NCBI GenBank assembly: GCA_031282635.1
Contig: JAITDJ010000092.1
Coordinates: 1 to 48,502, forward strand
Direction of reading: 5' to 3'
DNA length: 48,502 nucleotides
From: Clostridiales bacterium
GTDB lineage: Bacteria > Bacillota > Clostridia > Lachnospirales > WQUN01
A program made the translations under genes and the position numbers. The notes below the pieces were generated by a model that saw only the letters and a program-made list of their open reading frames with translations, did no database searches and had not been told where the DNA came from. The first letter of the stretch is position 1; each line of letters begins with the position of its first letter. Of this stretch, positions 9,341 through 18,688 are shown piece after piece.

Positions 9341-10696
9341 ATGAAAAAAGTCATTACATACGGCTCGTTCGATCTGTTCCATGAGGGGCACCGCAGCATA
9401 CTGCGCCGAGCGCGGGAAATGGGCGATTCGCTGATTGTCGGGGTCACAACCGAACAGTACGACGTATACCGCGGTAAAATAAACCTCGTAGATTCGCTGA
9501 TGCGCCGGATAGATAACGTCCGCAAAACAGGCCTGGCCGACGAGATCATTGTGGAGGATCACGAAGGCCAAAAGGCCGAGGACATACAGAAATACGCCAT
9601 AGATCTGTTCGTTATCGGTTCTGACTGGCGCGGTCAGTTCGATTATTTAGATCAGTACTGCGAGGTTAAATACCTGGATCGCACACAAAACATATCCAGC
9701 ACGGATATACGGCGCGGCCGCCAGGGGTTTGTTCTGCTGGGCATCGCCGGCACGGGCCGCGCCGCCGGGAGACTGGCGCGTGAAATACGCTTTGTCAGCG
9801 GTGTGGAAGCGCGCGCGGCGTATAACCCGAGCCTTGAAAGCGCCAGGACTTTCGCGGGGCTGTACGGCATTGAATCCGCCTGTGATAATTATGAGGCGTT
9901 TCTTGAAAAGACGGACGCGGTTTACATAGCCACGCCTCACGCGACACATTACGATTACGCGCGTCACGCCATACTCGCGGGCAGGCATGTGCTCTGTGAA
10001 AAGCCCATGACACTTTCGGCGCAGGAAACCAGAGAATTATTCGAGTTGGCGAACGACTGCGGCGTCGTATTGATGGAGGCGGTGAAAACGGCCTACGCGC
10101 CGGCCTTTTTGAACCTGCTGGCTGTCGCGCGCTGCGGGCGCATCGGAACCGTATACGACGTGGAGTGCGCGTTTACCAAACTGATCCCCGAGGATAAAAA
10201 CGCGCGGGAGTATGAGCCGAAGACAGGCGGATCATTTACCGAACTGGCCAGTTATTCTCTGCTGCCCATAATTAAGATTTTGGGGCGCGATTACAGGGTG
10301 GAATTCAGGTATTTCCGCGGCCTTAACGGCTGCGACATATACGCGAAAGCGCTGTTCGCGTATGATAACGCGACGGCTTCCGCTAAAACCGGCATAGGGG
10401 TTAAGAGCGAAGGGCAGTTATTAATATCCGGCACGCGCGGGTATATTCTGGCGCGCTCACCCTGGTGGCTTACAAAAACTTTCGAGGTGTGCTACGAAAA
10501 CCCGGAAGATAACGAAACCTTCTCCGGCCCGTTCCCCGGCTGCGGCCTGCGCTTCGAAATAGCGGACTTCACGCGCAATATAACGGATCCCAACGCGCGC
10601 AATTATAAATTCTCGCGCGAGGATTCCGTGGCGGCCTCGGGGATTATTGAGCAATTCCTCCGGGAAAGAAACGGATTATGGCTTAAAGAGCCGTGA
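9341..10696 (+). CDS. Fusion protein: TagD-like glycerol-3-phosphate cytidylyltransferase (aa 1-~128) + Gfo/Idh/MocA-family oxidoreductase
   Basis: 'MKKVITYGSFDLFHEGHRSILRRAREMGDSLIVGV...IGSDWRGQFDYL...YLDRTQNISSTDIR' resembles Bacillus TagD over its whole length. It is followed by the Rossmann stretch 'FVLLGIAGTGRAAG' and the 'HVLCEKPM' (EKP) motif. Confidence 0.85.
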   Translation: MKKVITYGSFDLFHEGHRSILRRAREMGDSLIVGVTTEQYDVYRGKINLVDSLMRRIDNVRKTGLADEIIVEDHEGQKAEDIQKYAIDLFVIGSDWRGQFDYLDQYCEVKYLDRTQNISSTDIRRGRQGFVLLGIAGTGRAAGRLAREIRFVSGVEARAAYNPSLESARTFAGLYGIESACDNYEAFLEKTDAVYIATPHATHYDYARHAILAGRHVLCEKPMTLSAQETRELFELANDCGVVLMEAVKTAYAPAFLNLLAVARCGRIGTVYDVECAFTKLIPEDKNAREYEPKTGGSFTELASYSLLPIIKILGRDYRVEFRYFRGLNGCDIYAKALFAYDNATASAKTGIGVKSEGQLLISGTRGYILARSPWWLTKTFEVCYENPEDNETFSGPFPGCGLRFEIADFTRNITDPNARNYKFSREDSVAASGIIEQFLRERNGLWLKEP

Positions 10697-10737
10697 TGAG
10701 TATAAAATGAGTATAAAATCGGGAGGCGTATTTCCGG

Positions 10738-12909
10738 ATGCCCGCGAATGATAAAGTTGAAATTGCATTCTTCCCTTACAAAGCTTCCATGTGGGACTGC
10801 ATGGAGAGTATATGGCTGGCCGCTAAAGACGACCCCGCCTGCCATGTGTCCGTCGTTCCGATCCCGTATTTCGACCGGGCGCGCGACGGCGGCGCGGCGG
10901 CGATCCATTACGAGGCCGATCTGATGCCGGAATACGTTCAGATAACGAAATACGTAGATTACGATTTATCGGTTATTAAACCGGATGTCGCGTATATACA
11001 CAGCGTATATGACGATCATAACCGGGTTACCTCTGTTCATCCCCATTATTATACGCGCGAATTGAAGAAATATATCAAAACATTGGTATATGTGCCATAT
11101 TATGGAGGTGGCGCGCCCTCGGTACCCAAGAATTTCGCGGATATTACAGCCATGTCGGCCGTCGATATCGCCATTGCCGACAACGAGGCGCACAGGCTGG
11201 AATATCTGACAAGCTCGCCCCGCGCGGATATCGCGGCGTTAGGCGCGCCGAAGGCCGATAAAATACTGAGCCTTGAAAAAAGGCCGCCAAACCCGCGTAA
11301 GGTGTTTTTACTGAATACGTCCATTGCGTCTTTGATAAAATACGGCGTCAGTTATTTCCGTAAAATAAGCGATCTGTTTGCCTACGCCGAGCGACGCGGC
11401 GTTTCGATCCTCTGGCGCCCGCATCCGCTTACGGAAGCGACGGTTAACGCCATGCTGCCGGAACTCGCGCGCCTGTACGAACTGTTGAAACAGCGTATAC
11501 GGCAATTCGGCGTACTGGATGAGTCGCCCGACATGTACCCGGCTATCGCCGCGTCGGACGCATACGTCGGAGACGGGAATTCCTCGTTGGTGTATCTGTA
11601 CTCGATAACCGGCAAGCCGCTGTTTATAATGGACTTTTCACTGCCCTTCGAACCCTCTCCGGATATTGTCGGAGAGCTGAGAAACAGAGATTTGCTGTAT
11701 GTGGATTTTTCGACGGCCGAGAATAATATAGCCTGGGGGTTCTGCGCCTCCGTAAACGCGCTGTGCCGCCTGGATATATGCACAGGCCGCGCCGAGCCGG
11801 CGGGCGGGGTTCCGGGGGAAAGGGATATAGCCGGCTTGTACCTGGCGCCGGTAAAGGCTGGCAACAAACTGCTGCTTACGCCATATTTCGCGTCGGAATG
11901 GGCATTGTACGACCCCGACACTGCTATATGGGAAAAACTCCCCATATTACCTGAAATGAAACGTATCGCGGGTGTCGGCGGCATGTGCGTAAAAGCGGCG
12001 GACTACCGGCATTACGTAATTTTTGCCCCGACCGTTTCCGCAGCGTTCGTGCGTTTTAATATACTTACAGGTGAATTTGAAACCTTTTCCGAATGGTTTG
12101 CGAAAATGCCGCCGTATATTGAAAACATAAATTCAGGCCTGTTCACGGGCAGTTCTTTTGCTCTGGGCGATAAACTCTTCCTGCCGAGCCCTCAGCGCAA
12201 TATTATCGCGGAGCTGGATATGCGGACGATGGATATAAATCTGCGTTTCATCGGTTCGGACGATCTGCGTTTTTCAGGAATCGCGTACGACGGCGGTGAT
12301 TTTTGGCTGGGTGATTTCAGGGGCCGGGCGGTTCGCTGGAACCATTTATCCGGCGCGGTTAAAATATTTGAGACTCAATGTTCAATGATTATGCCCGAAG
12401 CGCCGCAGAGCGCGTTTTCGGACATAATATACAGCGGCGGGCATATCTGGCTGTGCCCGTACGGCTGTAAAGAAATGTTCCGGATAAACCCGGTTACGGA
12501 AGAAATGTCCAAAGTTGAATTAGGGCTGGATCTGAGCGCCAGAAAATCACCCTGCTATAATATTGGGGAGGGCGTCGCGCTTACGGGCATGAGGGAAACC
12601 CCCGATAAAAAACTTATGGCGGTTTCGCTGTATGACTACGGCATATTGGCGGTGGATCCGCAAACGGCCGAAGTTGAAACCCGTGAGATTTTTATAGATG
12701 GATTAAACCGGGCGTCAAACGCGGATTACGCTTTCCATTACCCTGAAAGCGTGTTTTTTACCATCCCGGACTTTATAAACGCCGATCTGCCGCCGTACAG
12801 CGAAGCGCAATCCCAATACGCGCTGAACAGCCTGGCTAATAGCGACGGTTCCGCCGGGCGGAAGATTCATGGGTATGTATGTCGTTTTAACAGGGATAGA
12901 AGGGATTAA
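10738..12909 (+). CDS. CDP-glycerol glycerophosphotransferase (TagB/TagF)-like protein with C-terminal six-repeat beta-propeller-like domain
   Basis: 'ILWRPHPL' and 'AYVGDGNSSLVYLYSITGKPLF' resemble the TagF C-terminal catalytic lobe. The C-terminal ~300 aa carry six ~50-aa repeats. Confidence 0.6.
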   Translation: MPANDKVEIAFFPYKASMWDCMESIWLAAKDDPACHVSVVPIPYFDRARDGGAAAIHYEADLMPEYVQITKYVDYDLSVIKPDVAYIHSVYDDHNRVTSVHPHYYTRELKKYIKTLVYVPYYGGGAPSVPKNFADITAMSAVDIAIADNEAHRLEYLTSSPRADIAALGAPKADKILSLEKRPPNPRKVFLLNTSIASLIKYGVSYFRKISDLFAYAERRGVSILWRPHPLTEATVNAMLPELARLYELLKQRIRQFGVLDESPDMYPAIAASDAYVGDGNSSLVYLYSITGKPLFIMDFSLPFEPSPDIVGELRNRDLLYVDFSTAENNIAWGFCASVNALCRLDICTGRAEPAGGVPGERDIAGLYLAPVKAGNKLLLTPYFASEWALYDPDTAIWEKLPILPEMKRIAGVGGMCVKAADYRHYVIFAPTVSAAFVRFNILTGEFETFSEWFAKMPPYIENINSGLFTGSSFALGDKLFLPSPQRNIIAELDMRTMDINLRFIGSDDLRFSGIAYDGGDFWLGDFRGRAVRWNHLSGAVKIFETQCSMIMPEAPQSAFSDIIYSGGHIWLCPYGCKEMFRINPVTEEMSKVELGLDLSARKSPCYNIGEGVALTGMRETPDKKLMAVSLYDYGILAVDPQTAEVETREIFIDGLNRASNADYAFHYPESVFFTIPDFINADLPPYSEAQSQYALNSLANSDGSAGRKIHGYVCRFNRDRRD

Positions 12910-13776
12910 GTGTATAACGAACATCATCTTACCCCCGAGGAACTGCGCGCTGTTCAACTGATCGAACTGGAACTGCTGGCAGAAGTAGACAGAATATGCG
13001 AAAAACGCGGCGTACGCTATAGTGTTGTCGGAGGCACCTTGCTGGGCGCCGTACGGCATAAGGGTTTTATACCCTGGGACGACGACGTGGACGTAGGCTT
13101 TTTGCGGCCGGAATATGAAAAATTTCGTGAGTGTCTGGAAGACGAACTGGATTACGAGCGCTTCTATTTTCAGGATCACAGAAACACGCCCGGGTACCGC
13201 TGGGGCTACGGTAAGCTGCGCCGCAGGGGTACGTCGTTCGTGCGGCTGGGGCAGGAGCATATGCCTTACGAGCAAGGCGTGTTTATAGACATTTTCCCGT
13301 ATGACAGCGTTCCGGAGAGGTATATACCCCGCTTGTTCTTTAGCGTGAAGTGTTTTTTATACCGTAAAGCTTTTTGGTCGCCGGTCGGGCGGGTATCCGG
13401 GCGAAATCCGGTGAAACGGTTTTTATACCGGCAATTATATCGTATTCCTGAGGCGCGGCTGTACAAAAAATTCGATAATTTTGCCGCCGGACGCGGTTGG
13501 CGGCAAACCGGCTGGGTGCGTATACTGACCTTCCCCACGCCCAACAGAGCGTTCGGATATAAACGCGAATGGCTGGAGCAAACGGCGCCGGTTGTATTTG
13601 AGGGGCGCGAATTCAGCGGAGTAAAAGATTATGACGAATATCTCACGTTTAAATACGGGCGGTATATGAAAATACCGCCGGTTGGACAGCGGCGTACTCA
13701 CCCGGTGTCGCTGCTGCGATTGCCTGAGCCGTATTATTGTTCCGCGAAGGCGGGTGAAATAACAAATAGTTTATGA
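12910..13776 (+). CDS. LicD-family phosphotransferase
   Basis: 'VVGGTLLGAVRHKGFIPWDDDVDVGFLRPEY'. The GTG start abuts the upstream TAA. Confidence 0.85.
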   Translation: MYNEHHLTPEELRAVQLIELELLAEVDRICEKRGVRYSVVGGTLLGAVRHKGFIPWDDDVDVGFLRPEYEKFRECLEDELDYERFYFQDHRNTPGYRWGYGKLRRRGTSFVRLGQEHMPYEQGVFIDIFPYDSVPERYIPRLFFSVKCFLYRKAFWSPVGRVSGRNPVKRFLYRQLYRIPEARLYKKFDNFAAGRGWRQTGWVRILTFPTPNRAFGYKREWLEQTAPVVFEGREFSGVKDYDEYLTFKYGRYMKIPPVGQRRTHPVSLLRLPEPYYCSAKAGEITNSL

Positions 13777-13821
13777 TTTACAGATTCAGTGAGATCGGGT
13801 AAAATATTTATATAGTTGTAA

Positions 13822-13860
13822 AATACGCGCGCCTTAACAATTCCGGTTAAGGCGCGTATT
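13822..13860. terminator. Stem-loop at end of glycopolymer locus (possible terminator)
   Basis: aatacgcgcgccttaac / gttaaggcgcgtatt form a ~15-bp stem with a 2-nt bulge. The tail is A/T-rich but there is no clean U-run. Confidence 0.45.
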
Positions 13861-13873
13861 ATATAGGTGAGCC

Positions 13874-14542
13874 ATGAAACCCGCCCATTTATCCAAACGG
13901 CTGGAAACAATATTAAAATATGTGGACTGCCGGGTACTTGCCGACATAGGCACAGACCACGGCTATATACCCGCCGCCGCCTGCGGGCTGGGAAGGGCGC
14001 GGTTCGTCATTGCCTGCGATCTCAGCCCGGGTTCGCTGAAAAAGGCCGGGGAATATATCCGGGAAAGGCGTCTGAGCGATCGTATAGAAACGCGGCTGGG
14101 ATACGGCTTTGACCCCATTGCGCCGGGGGAAGCCGATATGGCCGTTATTTCCGGCATGGGCGGCGCGCTGATCCGCGATATTATTCAAAAAAGCCCGGAT
14201 ACGGTCAAAAACCTTACGCGGCTGATCCTTGGACCGCAGCGGGATCTTCCCGCGCTGCGTCAGCGACTTAATGAAATGGGTATAATAATAAAAGACGAAG
14301 AAATGATTTTAGACAAGAAGCGGTTCTACAATATCCTGATCTGCGAACCCGGAACACCCGAGCCCATGACGCCTGAAGGCCGTATGTTCGGGCAGGCCCT
14401 TATCAATAAATCCGATCCTGTGTTAAGGTTGTTTTTACTGAAACTTCTGGAGAGAAACGCGCGTATATTGGAACATACTGAAACCCTGAAGGAAGAAACG
14501 CGCCTGGCCGCGATGGCGCTGGCACAGAAAGGATGGTTTTAA
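13874..14542 (+). CDS. trmK: tRNA (adenine22-N1)-methyltransferase TrmK
   Basis: 'LSKRLETILKYVDCRVLADIGTDHGYIPAAAC' is the characteristic TrmK/YqfN N-terminus. It sits immediately upstream of a Nif3 gene, as in other Firmicutes. Confidence 0.85.
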   Translation: MKPAHLSKRLETILKYVDCRVLADIGTDHGYIPAAACGLGRARFVIACDLSPGSLKKAGEYIRERRLSDRIETRLGYGFDPIAPGEADMAVISGMGGALIRDIIQKSPDTVKNLTRLILGPQRDLPALRQRLNEMGIIIKDEEMILDKKRFYNILICEPGTPEPMTPEGRMFGQALINKSDPVLRLFLLKLLERNARILEHTETLKEETRLAAMALAQKGWF

Positions 14543-15342
14543 TGGGTCAAACCGTAAATGATATAATGGAGTATTTAGAACGCCTGGCGCCTTTAAACGC
14601 TGCTCTGGAGTGGGATAATTCCGGCCTGCTGATCGGAGAACGCGACAAACCCGTCGAGCGTATACTGGTTGCGTTGGACTGTACGGATGAAGTCGCGAAC
14701 GAAGCCGAAGACGTTGATCTCATTATTACGCATCATCCGCTGATATTCCGCCCCATAAAGTCTATTACATCGGATACCGCGCTGGGCAGGCGGATTATTA
14801 CGCTGCTGCGCGGGGGCGCGTCGCTCTACAGCGCGCATACAAACCTGGATATCGCGGAGGGCGGCGTAAACGACGCATTATTCGACGCGCTGGGCCTGAT
14901 TAATAAGGAACCGCTTATGCCGCCCGATTCCGGCGAGGCGGGGCTGGGGCGCGCGGGGGCGCTGCCGGCGAAAGCGCGGCTGGATGAATTCGCGGATTTC
15001 GTCCGCAAGATATTAGGGCTTAGGCATATACGTTATTTCGGAAGCCCGTCGTTCCCCATATTCAAAGCGGGGCTGGTGGGCGGTTCCGGCAGCGCTTACA
15101 AATATTTCAAGGAAGCCGCGGCCAAAGGCTGCCAGGTTTACATTACAGGGGATATAAAATACCATGATGTTCAGGCCGCTCTGGATATGGATCTGTGCCT
15201 GATAGACGCCACGCATATCGGCAGCGAGACGCTGATGGTGAAAAAACTGGTTGAGTACCTGCGCGGGGGGTTCCCTGAAGCGGAAATCCGCGCGGCCGAA
15301 TTTGATAAACGTATGGAGGGTTGGTTTGGACATAACAATTAA
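14542..15342 (+). CDS. Nif3-family dinuclear metal-centre protein (YqfO-like)
   Basis: 'LAPLNAALEWDNSGLLIGE', 'ITHHPLIF', 'YSAHTNLD'. ATG 14542 overlaps the trmK stop (TAATG) and has better RBS spacing than ATG 14533. Confidence 0.85.
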   Translation: MGQTVNDIMEYLERLAPLNAALEWDNSGLLIGERDKPVERILVALDCTDEVANEAEDVDLIITHHPLIFRPIKSITSDTALGRRIITLLRGGASLYSAHTNLDIAEGGVNDALFDALGLINKEPLMPPDSGEAGLGRAGALPAKARLDEFADFVRKILGLRHIRYFGSPSFPIFKAGLVGGSGSAYKYFKEAAAKGCQVYITGDIKYHDVQAALDMDLCLIDATHIGSETLMVKKLVEYLRGGFPEAEIRAAEFDKRMEGWFGHNN

Positions 15343-16969
15343 TATAAAAGATTACGGGGAACTGACTGTCCGCCGGGGCGCCACGCTGCTGGAGATCAGC
15401 AGGCAGATAGGCGAACCCGAACGCCCGATCATTTTGGCCGCGGTTAATCATAAATTGCAGGATTTATGTATTCCCGTAACCGGCCCCTGCGACGTGGCCT
15501 TTCTGGATATTTCCGACCCCAACGGTTACCGGGCCTATCAGCGTTCCGCCTCATTCCTGATGATTTACGCTGCCAAAACTGTCTTCGGGAAAAAGGCGCG
15601 CATAGTGATAGAGCATTCCATCAACAAAAATTATTACTGTGAACTGCTGGAGGATATTGAGGTAACCGATGAATCGCTGGAGCGCGTAGAACAGATAATG
15701 AGCGATACGGCGGCCAAAGACGTACAGATAGAGAAACTGGCGCTGCCGGTTGAGAAAGCCATTGAAAAGGCCGAGGAATTCGGTATGCACGATAAGGTTT
15801 CACTGCTGAAATACCGCCGAACCAGCAATGTAAACCTCTATAAGCTGGATTGGTTCTATGACTATTTCTATGGGCAGATGCTGCCCTCTGCCGGCTATAT
15901 AAAGAGCTTCAAGCTGGAGAAACGCAATAAGGGATTTATACTGCGCTTCCCTTCCGCCAATAACGATTATCAGCTCACGGAGGTTACGCCTCACAATAAG
16001 ATATCCGAAGTGTTCGCGGAGTCCAACTGGTGGGCGCGCGTATTGAAGGTAGACACGGTCGGCGCGCTGAACGACCTGATCAGTATAGGCGGCGTCGGCG
16101 ACATTATGCGCGTCAGTGAGGCGCTGCATGAAAAAAAAATCGCCTACCTGGCCGACCGCATACATCAGGAAGGAAAGAGCATCGTGCTGATTGCCGGCCC
16201 GTCGTCTTCCGGCAAGACCACCTTCGCCCAGCGGCTGTGCGTGCAGCTGCGCGTAAACGGACTGAGACCGTCGGTGCTTAACCTGGACGACTACTTTGTG
16301 GATCGCGAGTTTTCGCCCAGAGACAGTGAGGGCAACTATGACTTTGAATCGCCGGACGCCATAGACATCAGGAAGATAAACGAGGATTTATCCGCTCTGC
16401 TGCGCGGCGCGACGGTAAGAATACCCGATTTTAATTTTATTCTGGGCAAACGGGAATACAAAGGGCGCGTACTGCGTCTGACGCCCGGCGACGTTTTGCT
16501 GATAGAAGGCATACATGGGCTGAACGAGCGCATTACCGAGCACATCCCGCATGAAAACAAGTTCAAGATCTTTGTGTCCGCGCTCACGCAGATCAATATA
16601 GACGATCACAACCGTATCCCCACAACAGACACGCGCCTGATCCGGCGAATAGTGCGCGATTACCGCGCGCGCGGCGCCGATCCCAAGCGGTCAATCGGCA
16701 TGTGGCCTTCGGTGCTTCGCGGCGAAAACCTCAACATCTTCCCGTTTCAGGAGGAAGCGGACGGTTTCTTTAACTCTGCGTTAGTATACGAAATGAGTGT
16801 GTTGAAGCAGTTCGCCGAACCGCTTCTGTTCAAGGTTTCCAAACTCGATCCCGAATACATGGAAGCGCAGCGGCTGATAAAATTTTTGGATTCATTCTTG
16901 GGCGTCAGCAGCGAGCCGGTTATTAACAATTCCATACTGCGCGAGTTTATCGGCGGGGGGTGCTTTTGA
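15326..16969 (+). CDS. Uridine/nucleoside kinase-family protein with N-terminal TGS-like domain
   Basis: P-loop 'IAGPSSSGKTTFAQRL'. The N-terminus 'ITINIKDYGELTVRRGATLLEI' is TGS-like. The probable TTG start at 15326 lies 5 nt after GGAGGG; the ORF is open from 15251. Confidence 0.75.
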   Translation: MDITINIKDYGELTVRRGATLLEISRQIGEPERPIILAAVNHKLQDLCIPVTGPCDVAFLDISDPNGYRAYQRSASFLMIYAAKTVFGKKARIVIEHSINKNYYCELLEDIEVTDESLERVEQIMSDTAAKDVQIEKLALPVEKAIEKAEEFGMHDKVSLLKYRRTSNVNLYKLDWFYDYFYGQMLPSAGYIKSFKLEKRNKGFILRFPSANNDYQLTEVTPHNKISEVFAESNWWARVLKVDTVGALNDLISIGGVGDIMRVSEALHEKKIAYLADRIHQEGKSIVLIAGPSSSGKTTFAQRLCVQLRVNGLRPSVLNLDDYFVDREFSPRDSEGNYDFESPDAIDIRKINEDLSALLRGATVRIPDFNFILGKREYKGRVLRLTPGDVLLIEGIHGLNERITEHIPHENKFKIFVSALTQINIDDHNRIPTTDTRLIRRIVRDYRARGADPKRSIGMWPSVLRGENLNIFPFQEEADGFFNSALVYEMSVLKQFAEPLLFKVSKLDPEYMEAQRLIKFLDSFLGVSSEPVINNSILREFIGGGCF

Positions 16970-17781
16970 TTTTAGCGGCCGCCGGCGTAACGTTAGCCGC
17001 TGTTTCCGCGGTTTCATATATAGCGAGCAAACGCTGGCTGGCGATCAGGCGGGAACGCGTCGCTTTCAATTGGCTGCCGGAACGATTAAACGGGCTTAAA
17101 ATACTGCATATTTCAGATCTCCACGGCAACAGCCCCGAAAAAATGAACCTGGATATATGGCCCGCCATAGATTCGCTGGATTTTGACCTGACTGTTATTA
17201 CAGGCGATCTGGTTGTGGGTGAAATGGAGCAGATAGCCCCGCATCTGCCCTCCATAAGCAGGCTGGCGCGCCGCTCGCCGGTGTTTTTTGTAGAGGGCAA
17301 CCATGAGATGATGTTCTTTGAGGAAATTGCGGCGCTGCTGCGAGACGCGGGGGTCACTGTGCTGGCGAATGAGCGGCAGACTTGGAAAATAGGCAAATAC
17401 GGGCCTGTCTCCATCATCGGCCTGCGCGACTACAGCGTGCTGCAGCTCAACCGCATGAGGGACTTAAAACTGCTGAACGCCTGCGACGGCAATTTTCACC
17501 TGATCCTAAGCCATGAACCGCAAATCTTCAAGCACCTGAAACGCCTGAAGCTGGGGCTGGCTCTGTCCGGCCACACGCACGGCGGGCAGGTGCGCATGCC
17601 CGCCTGTCCTACGCTCTACGCCCCCGGCCAGGGCATTCTGCCTAAATACGGCGACGGTTGGTACAGCGAGGGGTATAATAAGCTGTACGTGTCCCGCGGA
17701 GTCGGCGTTACGCTGTTTCCCGTACGGCTGTTCAACCGGCCGGAGATTGCGGTGATTGAATGTGTGAAGGGGGCGAAGTGA
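16960..17781 (+). CDS. Membrane-anchored metallophosphoesterase (YkuE-like)
   Basis: N-terminal TM helix, 'ILHISDLHG', 'TGDLV', 'EGNHE', 'SGHTHGGQ'. Confidence 0.85.
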   Translation: MLLILAAAGVTLAAVSAVSYIASKRWLAIRRERVAFNWLPERLNGLKILHISDLHGNSPEKMNLDIWPAIDSLDFDLTVITGDLVVGEMEQIAPHLPSISRLARRSPVFFVEGNHEMMFFEEIAALLRDAGVTVLANERQTWKIGKYGPVSIIGLRDYSVLQLNRMRDLKLLNACDGNFHLILSHEPQIFKHLKRLKLGLALSGHTHGGQVRMPACPTLYAPGQGILPKYGDGWYSEGYNKLYVSRGVGVTLFPVRLFNRPEIAVIECVKGAK

Positions 17782-17797
17782 ACCTCGCCCCATGTTT

Positions 17798-18574
17798 TTA
17801 CAGAAACGTATTCGCAAGCGACCCCACGCCCGAGATCCTGACCTCAAAAACATCGCCTTTTTTGAGGTAAACCGGCGGTTTGCGGGCATAACCCACGCCT
17901 TCCGGCGTACCGGTCATAATAATAGTGCCGGGCAGCAGAGTGAAATTCTTCGAACAGTAGCTTACTAATTCAGCAACGCTGAAAATCATATTCGCGGTCG
18001 AAGACGACTGCATCACAACGCCGTTCAACAGCCCTTCCACGCGCGTATCCGCGGGATCCATTTCCGTTTCAACCCACGGCCCCATGGGGCAGAAGCCGTC
18101 AAAACTCTTGCCGCGCGCCCATTGCTGGTCGAACTTAAGCTGACAGTCGCGCGCGCTTACATCATTGCCGCATGTGTACCCGAACACGTATTTCAGAGCG
18201 TCTCGTTCTTCCAGATCTTTTGCCGTTTTGCCGATAACGGCGCACAATTCCGCCTCATAATCAACCTCATCCGACTCGCGCGGTAAAATTATGCCGGCGT
18301 TATGCGATGTCACGGCGGTAGTCAGCTTTATGAAAACCACCGGGCGTTCGGGCAGTTTCATTTGGCTCTCCGCCGCGTGTGATCTATAGTTCAGCCCTAT
18401 GCAGATAATGTTGGGGGGCGCCACAGGCGCGAGTACCCGCAGCCTGTCAATAGAATGCGTTTTAGAGGATAATTGATAATCTCCGAATATATCGCCGGTT
18501 ATTTCCGTAACTTTGCAGCCGTCTATTCTGCCGTGGAACACGCGTCCATCATACTCAAATCGTCCTATCTTCAT
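17798..18574 (-). CDS. Fumarylacetoacetate hydrolase (FAH)-family protein
   Basis: 'DYEAELCAVIGK', 'GYTCGNDVSARD', 'PGTIIMTGTPEGVG'. The second ATG (18574) follows the GGAGG; the first ATG (18592) contains it. Confidence 0.85.
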   Translation of the reverse strand: MKIGRFEYDGRVFHGRIDGCKVTEITGDIFGDYQLSSKTHSIDRLRVLAPVAPPNIICIGLNYRSHAAESQMKLPERPVVFIKLTTAVTSHNAGIILPRESDEVDYEAELCAVIGKTAKDLEERDALKYVFGYTCGNDVSARDCQLKFDQQWARGKSFDGFCPMGPWVETEMDPADTRVEGLLNGVVMQSSSTANMIFSVAELVSYCSKNFTLLPGTIIMTGTPEGVGYARKPPVYLKKGDVFEVRISGVGSLANTFL

Positions 18575-18659
18575 AAAAATCGCTACCTCCATAATTTTTA
18601 TAACTGGGTTCTTATTATAGCAGGGTTTGCGGTTCTTTCAAGGCGGTGTTGGGCTCTGT

Positions 18660-18688
18660 TTGACAAACCGCATAATCTATGATACATT
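18660..18688 (+). promoter_or_regulatory. Sigma-A-type promoter of the rplU operon
   Basis: TTGACA (18660-18665), 17-nt spacer, extended -10 TGaTACATT (18680-18688). Confidence 0.55.
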
